Shown: positions 55,916 through 64,000 of the stretch, one piece after another
How positions within the stretch are numbered: position 1 is the stretch's first letter
How the letters are laid out: every line of letters begins with the position of its first letter
DNA from: Eubacteriales bacterium
GTDB lineage: Bacteria; Bacillota; Clostridia; Oscillospirales; CAG-272
Length of the DNA stretch: 64,000 bases
Direction: 5' to 3'
Assembly (NCBI GenBank): GCA_048526005.1
Contig: DBFVEH010000005.1
Coordinates: 2,727-66,726, forward strand
The notes under the pieces: generated by a model
Seen by the model: the letters and a program-made list of their open reading frames with translations, nothing else
What the model was told of the DNA's origin: nothing
The model's database searches: none
Program-made: the position numbers and the translations under genes

Positions 55916-56187
55916 TTTTGAGAATTGTCTCCTTTTTCTTTTGTGGAGATTAAGACGTCTTTTTTCCGTCTTTTCCGCTTCGGAACCGGATCATAGCCTC
56001 CCTTGGAGAAGGGATTGCAGCGCAGGATGCGCCACACCGTAAGTCCGAGTCCTATAATAAATCCCCATTCACGGAACGCCTCGATCGCGTAATTCGAGCA
56101 GGTCGGCTGAAACCTGCAGCAGGGCGGCTTCAACGGAGAGATGAACTTTTGATAAAGCTTTACGAAAAAAATCCCGATTTGTTTCAT
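55912..56187 (-). CDS. yidD: Membrane protein insertion efficiency factor YidD
   Basis: [27 protein letters not shown]...[17 protein letters not shown]. Confidence 0.85.
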   Translation of the reverse strand: MKQIGIFFVKLYQKFISPLKPPCCRFQPTCSNYAIEAFREWGFIIGLGLTVWRILRCNPFSKGGYDPVPKRKRRKKDVLISTKEKGDNSQK

Positions 56188-56630
56188 TTTTCCGATGTCT
56201 CCGCTTGGCTGCCGGAGGCGCATTCCGGTCTTTGTCCGTTCTTATGGGAATCGCTGCCGGCGTATAGCGACAGCTTTTTGGCGGCGTAGAGCAGATCCTT
56301 GTAGATATCGGTGCTTTTCGCGCTGCACGCCGCCTCTTTGGCGGCGATCACGATCAGCTTGCCTTTTTTGATATTCTGTTCTGCTTCCAGCTGCCTGTAA
56401 GCGGCGCGCAGGATTCTTCTCACGCGCGACCGCACCACCGCTCCTCCGAGTCTTTTGGAAACCGTAAGTCCGACGCGGTTCACTCTCTTCCCGAGCGGGT
56501 TCTCGCGCGCAAGGCGCGATGCGTGGTAATCGGTCAATACATATACCACGATATGTCTGCAAACGGCGCGTTCGCCCTTTGCGTATACCTTTTTATAAAG
56601 GTGGTTTTCGGAAATCGCTATGTTTTTCAC
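56184..56630 (-). CDS. rnpA: Ribonuclease P protein component
   Basis: FKKVY-type start ([11 protein letters not shown]), [28 protein letters not shown] start at 56630 with a GGGGGA RBS. Confidence 0.8.
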   Translation of the reverse strand: MKNIAISENHLYKKVYAKGERAVCRHIVVYVLTDYHASRLARENPLGKRVNRVGLTVSKRLGGAVVRSRVRRILRAAYRQLEAEQNIKKGKLIVIAAKEAACSAKSTDIYKDLLYAAKKLSLYAGSDSHKNGQRPECASGSQAETSEK

Positions 56631-56733
56631 ACAGATTCCCCCGTCTTTTTCGTCCTTTCGGGCGCCGAAAAATTGCCCGGATAAAAAAGGAAAGCCCATG
56701 AGTACGCCACAGGCTTTGTTGATCCGATGATTC

Positions 56734-56868
56734 TCAATAGGAAAGTCTCGCTCTGCATTTTGCGCGTCTTCTTTTCAGAACCTTGCGTCCGTTTGCAGTG
56801 CTCATTCTCTTTCTGAAACCATGCTCTTTTTGTCTCTGACGCTTTTTCGGCTGATACGTTCTAAGCAT
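56734..56868 (-). CDS. rpmH: 50S ribosomal protein L34
   Basis: [44 protein letters not shown] (44 aa). Confidence 0.95.
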   Translation of the reverse strand: MLRTYQPKKRQRQKEHGFRKRMSTANGRKVLKRRRAKCRARLSY

Positions 56869-56934
56869 CTCTCTTACACCTCCCTCTGCGCCCGCGGACG
56901 GATATCCGCACAGATTGCTACAATTACAAACTAC

Positions 56935-56964
56935 ATTATACACATAAAAGGCTTCCGTTGTCAA
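56935..56964 (-). promoter_or_regulatory. rpmH promoter (TTGACA-18 nt-TATAAT)
   Basis: Reverse complement of 56959-56964 is TTGACA, and of 56935-56940 is TATAAT. Confidence 0.6.
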
Positions 56965-57133
56965 GTAGAATTTGCTTTTTCCCGCAATTATTTTATAAAA
57001 AAGGAAAAGTATGGCGACGGCGGACGTCTCCGCCGGGAAATTTAACCTGAAATATTGACTTTTTATGAAAATTATATTACATTAAATAACGGAGAAGAAT
57101 AAGATTCAGAAATCAAATTAAGGAGGACATCGG

Positions 57134-57844
57134 ATGTCATTTGTTTTGGAAACAAGGTCGCTTGTCAAGGACTACGGCGGCAAGATCGCGCTTTCCGGGA
57201 TTGATCTCGCGCTTCCTGCGGGGAAGATCATCGGGCTTCTCGGCTCCAACGGGAGCGGAAAGACGACGCTTTTGAAATTGGCGGCGGGACTTTTGCAGCC
57301 GACGAGCGGGGAAATCAGGGTCTGCGAGAGAGAAGTCGGCGTGGAAACCAAAAGTCTCGTTTCCTTTTTGCCGGAGCGCACGTATCTGAACGATTGGATG
57401 CGCGTCATGGATATTATTGAATATTTTGACGATTTTTATGAGGATTTCGACCGCAGTGCGGCGCTTCATATGCTTGAAAATCTCGGTGTGAAGGAAACTG
57501 CGAGGCTCAAAACGCTCTCCAAGGGAACCAAGGAAAAGGTGCAGCTGGTGCTGGTCATGTCGAGGCGCGCGAAGCTCTATCTGCTCGACGAGCCGATCGC
57601 CGGCGTGGATCCGGTCGCCCGCGAATATATTTTGAATACGATCGTTTCCAATTACAATCCCGAGGCCTCCGTCATCATATCGACCCATCTGATCGCGGAC
57701 GTCGAAAAGGTGCTTGACAGCTTTGTCTTTATCCGGGACGGCAGAATCATCATGGAGCGCGACGTCGCCTCCGCGAAGGAGGAATACGGCAAGTCCGTCG
57801 ACGAGATTTTCAGGGAGGTGTACAAATGTTCGGAAAGAGCTTGA
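57134..57844 (+). CDS. ABC transporter ATP-binding protein (ABC-2 type)
   Basis: GSNGSGKTT, LSKGTKEKV, LYLLDEP. Confidence 0.9.
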   Translation: MSFVLETRSLVKDYGGKIALSGIDLALPAGKIIGLLGSNGSGKTTLLKLAAGLLQPTSGEIRVCEREVGVETKSLVSFLPERTYLNDWMRVMDIIEYFDDFYEDFDRSAALHMLENLGVKETARLKTLSKGTKEKVQLVLVMSRRAKLYLLDEPIAGVDPVAREYILNTIVSNYNPEASVIISTHLIADVEKVLDSFVFIRDGRIIMERDVASAKEEYGKSVDEIFREVYKCSERA

Positions 57845-58674
57845 AATATGAATTCAAAGCGATCGCGAGAAGGGTCGTGCCGCTGTTTATCACGGTTCTT
57901 GCGCTCAGCGTCATCCTTGGCATCGGATTTATCATAGACGGCCGGCTTCTGCCGGATGCGACGGCCGACGGCGAGGCCTCTGTTGGGGAAGCGATCATGA
58001 ATTTGGCGCAGGGTATTTTCATGACCGGACTTTTTATCATGATCTTCGTCGCGGGCATCACTGTTTTTGTCATGACGATCCAGCGGTTTTACCAATCCTT
58101 TTTCACCGACGAAGGGTATCTTACGTTTACCCTGCCGGTTACGGTGAACTGCCATATCATGACAAAAATTGTGTCTATGATTCTGTGGAATCTGATGGGG
58201 ACGGTCGTGACGCTCGTTGCATATCTGATTATGCTGGGCGGGACCGAAATCGGTTACGGTACGGTTTCCAGCTCTTATGCCGAGCTTGCGGATGAGCTCT
58301 CCTATCTTATGACGTCGCTGTCGGGGATCTCCGGGGAATATACGGGCTCTATCGTGCTGTTCGTGATCTATGCCATCCTTTCGTATATTTTTGAGATTCT
58401 GCTGATTTACTTCGGCATCTCGCTCGGCTGCATGTGGAGCAAGAAGCATCGCGTCATCATGTCGATTGTCTGCATCATCGGTGTAAATATCGTTTTTTCC
58501 ATTGTGGAAACGATCATTGAGACGATTGTCATGGTATCCTCTGTGTTTACGGAAAATCTCGCTGCAGCGGCGGCGGTTACGCTGGCCTCGCTGACGGTGC
58601 TCGGGGTCGTCAAGGTGATGCTGTCGTATATCGGAATCAAGGCGATCCTTACGAAAAAGCTCAATTTGGATTGA
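57826..58674 (+). CDS. ABC-2-type permease / multi-pass membrane protein
   Basis: Six hydrophobic segments. Overlaps the ATPase gene by 19 nt. Confidence 0.7.
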   Translation: MFGKSLKYEFKAIARRVVPLFITVLALSVILGIGFIIDGRLLPDATADGEASVGEAIMNLAQGIFMTGLFIMIFVAGITVFVMTIQRFYQSFFTDEGYLTFTLPVTVNCHIMTKIVSMILWNLMGTVVTLVAYLIMLGGTEIGYGTVSSSYAELADELSYLMTSLSGISGEYTGSIVLFVIYAILSYIFEILLIYFGISLGCMWSKKHRVIMSIVCIIGVNIVFSIVETIIETIVMVSSVFTENLAAAAAVTLASLTVLGVVKVMLSYIGIKAILTKKLNLD

Positions 58675-58689
58675 AGAAAAGGTTTATAG

Positions 58690-58727
58690 AAAAACGGAAA
58701 GCGTCATGCTTTCCGTTTTTTGTTTTT
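58690..58727 (+). terminator. Rho-independent terminator
   Basis: ACGGAAAGC-gtcat-GCTTTCCGT followed by TTTTTTGTTTTT. Confidence 0.8.
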
Positions 58728-58823
58728 AGCTGCCGGCGCGCGGATTGTCTGCACGAGATCGGCCGTTTTTGCGTAAAATAAAGCAGAATCTATGCGTTTG
58801 AAAAGACGAAAGGGGAAAGAGAT

Positions 58824-59390
58824 ATGGCAATCAAAATCTTTATCGATCAGGGGCACAATCCGGAAAATCCGAACGCGGGGGCGGAGGGCAACGGGTACCG
58901 TGAGCAGGACCTCGTATATTATATCGGAAAAGAGCTGGAGACGCTGCTGAATGCCAATCCGAATTTCGAGGCGAGAACGTCGCGCAATTCTCCGGACGAA
59001 ATCCTCGGAACGAGCATCGCGTCGAGCCTTGCCGCCAGAGCGAACGCCGCGAATTCATGGCCGGCGGATTACTTTATCAGCATTCATGCGAATGCGTCCG
59101 AGATCGCAAGCGCGTCAGGCAGCGAAGCGTTTGTATACAGCCTGTCCTCGCCCGCCTTTGGACTTGCGGAGAATATCCTCATCGGGCTTTCGGAGGCGAC
59201 GGGACTTGCCGACCGCGGCGTGACCGAGAGGCCGACGCTTTATGTCCTGCGGAAAACGACGATGCCGGCGCTGCTGCTGGAGGTGGGCTTTATCACGAAC
59301 GCCAGCGACGCGGCGCTGATGGCGAACAATCCTGGGCTGATTGCAAGAGGCATTTACAACGGGATTTTACGGTATTTCGGCTTGAATTGA
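58824..59390 (+). CDS. N-acetylmuramoyl-L-alanine amidase (Amidase_3, CwlD-like, no signal peptide)
   Basis: IFIDQGHNPENPNAGA, ISIHANAS, PALLLEVGFITNASD. Confidence 0.85.
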   Translation: MAIKIFIDQGHNPENPNAGAEGNGYREQDLVYYIGKELETLLNANPNFEARTSRNSPDEILGTSIASSLAARANAANSWPADYFISIHANASEIASASGSEAFVYSLSSPAFGLAENILIGLSEATGLADRGVTERPTLYVLRKTTMPALLLEVGFITNASDAALMANNPGLIARGIYNGILRYFGLN

Positions 59391-60251
59391 GGAGTGGTTT
59401 TTGTCATACCGGTATTTCATGAGCTCCGTAATGACGAACGCGATGAGGAAGCCGAACAGAATATCGGAAAGATAATGCGCGCCGGCGGCGAGCCTGCTTA
59501 TCGCCATCAAAAGGATAAAAGCGGAACAGGCGATATATAGAGCGGTGTTATATTTCGTGCCTTTTCCGTGTAGCCACATGGGCAGCATGAGCGTCAGCGT
59601 GTTGTGCGCCGTGTGTCCGGACGGAAACGAATGGGAGCCGGAGAAAAAATTGGGACGGTACCACGGGGCAAAGCCGTCCAAGGAGCCTGCGGCGACGAGC
59701 TCTCTCAGACGGATTCTGCCCCAAACCACCTTGAGCGCCGATACGGTGACGAGAATGAGTATCGCCGCCGCGAGTGTGTATGCCGCCGGATAAAACAGCT
59801 TTTTGCGCGCGGTTTCCGGTATCAAACTGACGCAAAGCAGAGCGGCGAGCGCGAGGGCGGCGGATAACAGTGCGACTGCCAGATACATCCTTGCCGTGAG
59901 GCTGCCGTACAGGTATTCCGCGGTTTTGCCGCAGCCGTATGCCATAAGGCAGGTCACGGGGAGTACGGAAAAAATCCGGATCCAAACGGCGGCTTTTTTG
60001 TGCTTTTCAGCGAGAACGGATGTCACGAGATAAAACGCCGCGGCGGAAATGATAACGGCAGGCCATTCTCCGAGGATTTCGAGCACGGAAGCGAAAACGG
60101 GCACGGAGAGGGAAAGCGCTCCGCCCGCATCGGAAAGTCCGGAAAGCGCCGACGAGATCTCGAGATCAAAAAAAGACGCGACAAGAAGTCCGGCGATAAA
60201 CAAAACGCCGATAATGCCGTATATTGTTTTTTTGTGCTGGGACAGTTTCAT
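59367..60251 (-). CDS. PAP2-family membrane phosphatase
   Basis: SFPSGHTAH and SRLAAGAHYLSDILFG motifs. Multi-TM. Start moved to MKLSQHKK (60251). Convergent 24-nt overlap with the amidase 3' end. Confidence 0.8.
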   Translation of the reverse strand: MKLSQHKKTIYGIIGVLFIAGLLVASFFDLEISSALSGLSDAGGALSLSVPVFASVLEILGEWPAVIISAAAFYLVTSVLAEKHKKAAVWIRIFSVLPVTCLMAYGCGKTAEYLYGSLTARMYLAVALLSAALALAALLCVSLIPETARKKLFYPAAYTLAAAILILVTVSALKVVWGRIRLRELVAAGSLDGFAPWYRPNFFSGSHSFPSGHTAHNTLTLMLPMWLHGKGTKYNTALYIACSAFILLMAISRLAAGAHYLSDILFGFLIAFVITELMKYRYDKNHSSIQAEIP

Positions 60252-60346
60252 TTCCGTCTCCGTTTCCCGGCATGCTTGCCGTATGGATGCTGTGGGCGGG
60301 AAAACGTGTTTTTGCGTTTTCCCGCCCATGCTGTCGTTTTTGGATG

Positions 60347-61312
60347 TCAATTTGTCCTCGCGAGCGCGGCGGCGCCGATGATGCCGGCGTCGTTGCCGAG
60401 CGCGGCCGTGCGGATTTCGGTTTTCAGCACGCCGTCCTTGGAATAGATTTCATGAGAAAGCTTTTCTTTCAGCGGCAGGATCAAGTGATCGCCTTCCCCG
60501 CAGATGCCGCCGCCGATGGTGAGCACCTCCGGCTGGAAGATGTTGATAAGGTTCGCGATCCCGCATGCGAGATAGCTTATGTAGGCATCGACGACCGCGG
60601 CCGCGGTCTTATCTCCCTTTTTCATCGCGGCGAATGCGGTCTTTCCGCCGACGCGGCTGATGTCGCCGCCGCACATCTCGCGCATCAGCGTGTCGGATCC
60701 CGTTTCAAACGCTTCCTTGGTCATTTTGATGAGCGCGGTCGCGGAGCCGTATGCCTCAAAGCAGCCGCGTCTGCCGCAGGAGCAGGGACGTCCGCCGTAT
60801 TCGATCACCATGTGGCCGAGCTCCGCACCGCCGTAGGCGCATCCGGTGAGCACCTTTCCGTCTAAAATCACGCCGCCGCCGACGCCGGTGCCGAGCGTGA
60901 TCATGACGGAGGACGACGTTCCCCGCGCGGCTCCTGCCACCGCCTCGCCGAGCGCCGCGAGATTGGCGTCGTTGCCGAGCGCGACCTTGTCCTTCGGGAT
61001 ATCCATATATTCGGAAAACAGCTTTTGAAGCGGAAAGTCCAAAAACTTGATGTTATTGGCATACTCGACGATACCGGTTTTCGGATTGACGGTGCCCGGG
61101 CAGGCGATGCCGTCTCCCGCCGTCTCCTGCGGGGTGGCGCCGCATTCCGCAAGAAGCCTTTTGCAAAGCTCCGCCATATCGCGGACGATAGGCTCCGGTC
61201 CTCTTTGCGCAAGCGTGGGCACCGAGCTTTTTTTTATGATGGAATAATGTTCGTCGACGATCCCGACGGCGATATTGGTCCCGCCGAGGTCGACGCCTAT
61301 GCTGTATTTCAT
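60347..61312 (-). CDS. glcK: ROK-family glucokinase
   Basis: IGVDLGGTNIAVGIV, GHMVIEYGGRPCSCGRRGCFEAY zinc motif. Confidence 0.9.
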   Translation of the reverse strand: MKYSIGVDLGGTNIAVGIVDEHYSIIKKSSVPTLAQRGPEPIVRDMAELCKRLLAECGATPQETAGDGIACPGTVNPKTGIVEYANNIKFLDFPLQKLFSEYMDIPKDKVALGNDANLAALGEAVAGAARGTSSSVMITLGTGVGGGVILDGKVLTGCAYGGAELGHMVIEYGGRPCSCGRRGCFEAYGSATALIKMTKEAFETGSDTLMREMCGGDISRVGGKTAFAAMKKGDKTAAAVVDAYISYLACGIANLINIFQPEVLTIGGGICGEGDHLILPLKEKLSHEIYSKDGVLKTEIRTAALGNDAGIIGAAALARTN

Positions 61313-61607
61313 GCTGTAACTCCGTTCTGCCGTTTCCGGCTGAAATGCGACGACGGGCTTTCTCTGTCGTATGACAGCCGCCTCTGCCGCGTAACATCTC
61401 TATTATAATATAATGGGCAAATCTTGTCAATATTTGATGAAATGAAAGATTTCCCGTTTTTTCTTTTCCATCGAAAATTTGTTTTTTTATATTTACAAAT
61501 CGAAGGGGATATGATATGATGATAGGCGTATGACAGCCGGAAATGCCGGCTTGGCTCTTAGGATGTCCCGCAAATTAGGCTGCGCGACTGCGTGTACGAC
61601 GAAAGGA

Positions 61608-62351
61608 ATGATTTTTTTGTTAGAGTTCCGCGATTTTTCAAAAACCTACAAGGGCGGCAAACGCGCTGTGGATGATCTGTGCCTGACCATCGAGGCGGGC
61701 GATATCTATGGTTTCATCGGCCATAACGGCGCCGGCAAGACGACCTCGCTCAAAGCGGCGTGCGGCATCCTCGACTTCACAGAGGGCGATATCCTCATTG
61801 ACGGCATCTCCGTGCGGGAGGACCCCGTGAAGACAAAGCAGATCACCGCATATATTCCCGACAATCCCGATCTGTACGAATTTATGACCGGCATCAAGTA
61901 TCTGAATTTCATCGGAGACGTATTCGGCGTTCCCGCGGACGCGCGCAACGCGAGGATCGAAAAGTACGCGGCGATGTTCGAGCTTTCCGGCGATCTCGGC
62001 TCGCCGATCGCCTCCTATTCTCATGGTATGAAGCAAAAGCTCGCCATTATTTCCGCGCTGATTCATGAGCCGCGCCTGCTTGTGCTCGACGAGCCGTTCG
62101 TCGGACTCGATCCGAAAGCGTCCCATTTGTTGAAGCAGGTTTTTGCCGAGATGTGCGCGTCCGGTGCGGCGATCTTTTTCTCCACGCATGTATTGGAGGT
62201 AGCGCAGAAGCTTTGCAATAAAATCGCGATCATCAAAAACGGCAGGCTTGTCGTTTCCGGAAAAACCGATGAAATCGTCGGGGACGGGAGTTTGGAGGAT
62301 GTGTTCCTCGAGCTTGCCGACGCGAAGGGCGGGGAAGCTGGCGATGAATAA
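61608..62351 (+). CDS. ABC transporter ATP-binding protein (ABC-2 type)
   Basis: GHNGAGKTT, YSHGMKQKL, LLVLDEP. The start could instead be the in-frame TTG at 61617, which has better RBS spacing. Confidence 0.9.
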   Translation: MIFLLEFRDFSKTYKGGKRAVDDLCLTIEAGDIYGFIGHNGAGKTTSLKAACGILDFTEGDILIDGISVREDPVKTKQITAYIPDNPDLYEFMTGIKYLNFIGDVFGVPADARNARIEKYAAMFELSGDLGSPIASYSHGMKQKLAIISALIHEPRLLVLDEPFVGLDPKASHLLKQVFAEMCASGAAIFFSTHVLEVAQKLCNKIAIIKNGRLVVSGKTDEIVGDGSLEDVFLELADAKGGEAGDE

Positions 62352-63939
62352 ATTCTCACTTGTCTTTAAGACGCAACTTCTTTCGGCTTTGTGCAGCGGG
62401 AAAAATGCGGCGCGAAGAGGCAAAGCGGCGAAAGCCGCTTCGCTGACAGGTTATATCTTTTTGTGGATTTTGATAGCGGCGCTTGCCGCCGTTTATGAAT
62501 TTATATACGCCGCCGCTTTTGCCGAAAGCGGCATGATCGAGGCGTTCCCGCTTCTCATTGTGCTGGCGGCTTCTCTTTTGACGCTGGTTTCCTCCGTTTC
62601 CTATACGAGATCCTTGATTTTCTGCTCCAAGGATCACGACATGCTCTTTGCGCTTCCGATCAAGGGAAGCGTCATCGTCGCGGCGAAGATCGCTACGCTG
62701 TATGTGCTGGATCTTGCGATTACGCTCGCGCTCCTTCTGCCGTGCGGCGTGATATACGGGCTTTTCGCATCTCCGTCCGCGGTGTTTTACGTTTTATATT
62801 TTTCTCTTGTTTTGTTCGTTCCGATGATCCCGATCCTCATTGCCGCGCTGATCTCGGCGCTGGTAAGCCTCATTGCGTCGCGCTTCAAGCGTGCGAAGAT
62901 CATCGGCACCGTCATCTATGTGGCGATTTTCCTCGCTTTTATGTTCGGCGTCATGAGACTGAGCATGGGAAATGCCGCCGACGAGGAAATTTCCGGCGCA
63001 GTCGGCGGTATGATGGAGAGCATGAAAACATTCTATCCGCCGCTCGATTGGTTCGGGAGGGGGATATCCGGCGATATTCTCATGTATTTGCTGTTTATCG
63101 GCGTATCCGTCGTTGTATTTGCGGCCATTGCGGCCGTTTTCGGGAAATTTTACGGAAAAATCCACGGGCTTTTCAGCGCGCGCTCCTTCCGGTCGAAATA
63201 TAAGGTGAGCGCGGCCGCTTCCAGCGCCGCCGGCGCGCTTGTCAAGAAGGATATCACGCGGCTCTTTTCCTCGCCCGGGCTTATGCTCAACCAAATCTCG
63301 GGACTTATCATGCTGGTGATCTTCACGGTCATCTTTTCGATGAACGGGAATCCTGTCCCAGTCGAGGGCGAGGAGGCGATCCCGAATTTCTTGGCCGCCA
63401 TGTATCCGTATCTGCTCGCTTTGTGCGCTTCCATGTCGTCGCTTACCAGCGCATCGATTTCATTGGAGGGTAAAACCATCGGACTTCTCAAAAGTCTGCC
63501 GGTTTCCGCGCGCACGCTCTTTTCCTGCAAGCTCCGCGTCCATGAGATTGTCTGCTTCCCCGTCATCGTCATCTGCGGCATCGTCTTGGCTTTGCTGTCT
63601 AAGCTAACGGTTGTCGATGCCGTCATTCTTGCGGCGATCCCTCTCCTTTATTCCTATAATGCAGGCGTGATGGGACTTCTCCTGAATCTGAAAAAATACA
63701 ATTTCGACTGGACGAACGAGGTGATGGTCGCCAAAAACAGCATGCCGGTGGCTGTGACGACCTTTGTCGGCGTATTCTCATCGTTGGTTCCGGGAATTGT
63801 CGCCGTGGTCTTGGCGGCTCTCGGGCTTGATACCGTAATTTTCGGCGGCGTCATGATTGCGCTGTCGCTGGCCGCAGCCGTCGGACTGACGATTCTTCTC
63901 CGAAAAAAGGGAGAAAAGCTGTTCCGCGAGATTGGATAA
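62344..63939 (+). CDS. Large multi-pass membrane protein, putative permease partner
   Basis: At least 10 hydrophobic segments. ATG at 62344 overlaps the ATPase stop (ATGAATAA). Confidence 0.7.
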   Translation: MNKFSLVFKTQLLSALCSGKNAARRGKAAKAASLTGYIFLWILIAALAAVYEFIYAAAFAESGMIEAFPLLIVLAASLLTLVSSVSYTRSLIFCSKDHDMLFALPIKGSVIVAAKIATLYVLDLAITLALLLPCGVIYGLFASPSAVFYVLYFSLVLFVPMIPILIAALISALVSLIASRFKRAKIIGTVIYVAIFLAFMFGVMRLSMGNAADEEISGAVGGMMESMKTFYPPLDWFGRGISGDILMYLLFIGVSVVVFAAIAAVFGKFYGKIHGLFSARSFRSKYKVSAAASSAAGALVKKDITRLFSSPGLMLNQISGLIMLVIFTVIFSMNGNPVPVEGEEAIPNFLAAMYPYLLALCASMSSLTSASISLEGKTIGLLKSLPVSARTLFSCKLRVHEIVCFPVIVICGIVLALLSKLTVVDAVILAAIPLLYSYNAGVMGLLLNLKKYNFDWTNEVMVAKNSMPVAVTTFVGVFSSLVPGIVAVVLAALGLDTVIFGGVMIALSLAAAVGLTILLRKKGEKLFREIG

Positions 63940-63948
63940 GGGAACGGG

Positions 63949-63978
63949 ATACCGGCGCGTTCTGCGCCGGTATTTTTC
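63949..63978 (+). terminator. Rho-independent terminator
   Basis: ATACCGGCGC-gttct-GCGCCGGTAT followed by TTTTT. Confidence 0.8.
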
Positions 63979-64000
63979 ATAGAAAACATATTTATCTTGG

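Noticed and set aside
56965-57133. Possible oriC or DnaA-box cluster upstream of rpmH.
   Set aside because: There is no TTATCCACA/TGTGGATAA match or close variant cluster, the region is short, and it is flanked by an ABC transporter rather than dnaA.
1-64000. Whole-window search for CRISPR arrays, rRNA genes, IS elements with terminal inverted repeats, and long tandem repeats.
   Set aside because: I found no regularly spaced direct repeats, no rRNA-like segments and no transposase ORFs by eye. The only coding repeats are the LRR units (30398-32335) and the two-unit NPNN motif (47326-47508).

Overview
This 64-kb window comes from a spore-forming Firmicute, probably a Clostridia-type genome. 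The evidence is gpr, spoIIP, a V-type ATPase operon and the rpmH-rnpA-yidD-yidC-jag-mnmE cluster. The core DNA is visibly GC-rich and is interrupted by two AT-rich accessory regions.

Region 1 (about 1-11,880):
- An orphan polymorphic-toxin (Hint + variable tip) / immunity cassette.
- A tightly packed radical-SAM/SPASM RiPP operon. It encodes an unannotated 28-aa Cys-rich precursor (MKLVKNVKKIQKVKLFSYPEFGCNVCCN), an ACP-like protein, a subtilase fusion protein, a 326-aa possible papain-like protein and two ABC exporter subunits.
- A tRNA 3'-half scar with its terminator, followed by a secreted metzincin.

Region 2 (about 42,013-49,015) is a decayed integrative element next to tRNA-Pro(GGG):
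- Two integrase fragments on opposite strands and a TnpV-like pseudogene.
- A secreted HExxH protein with a lipoprotein partner.
- An intact two-gene module with its own promoter: a minimal Pol-beta nucleotidyltransferase translationally coupled to a 60-aa Asn/His-rich repeat protein.

The rest is ordinary core: GNAT, HtrA, a LysR-controlled flavodoxin/cupin/CMD/aldo-keto reductase operon, GH38 mannosidase, hydrolases, a BspA-type LRR lipoprotein, ntp operon, rplJL, MerR, BirA, two ABC-2 pairs, amidase, PAP2 and ROK glucokinase.

The RiPP operon is the best candidate for a new system, and the nucleotidyltransferase/small-protein pair is second. All functional calls are motif recognition by eye on the supplied translations. 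No database search was run.
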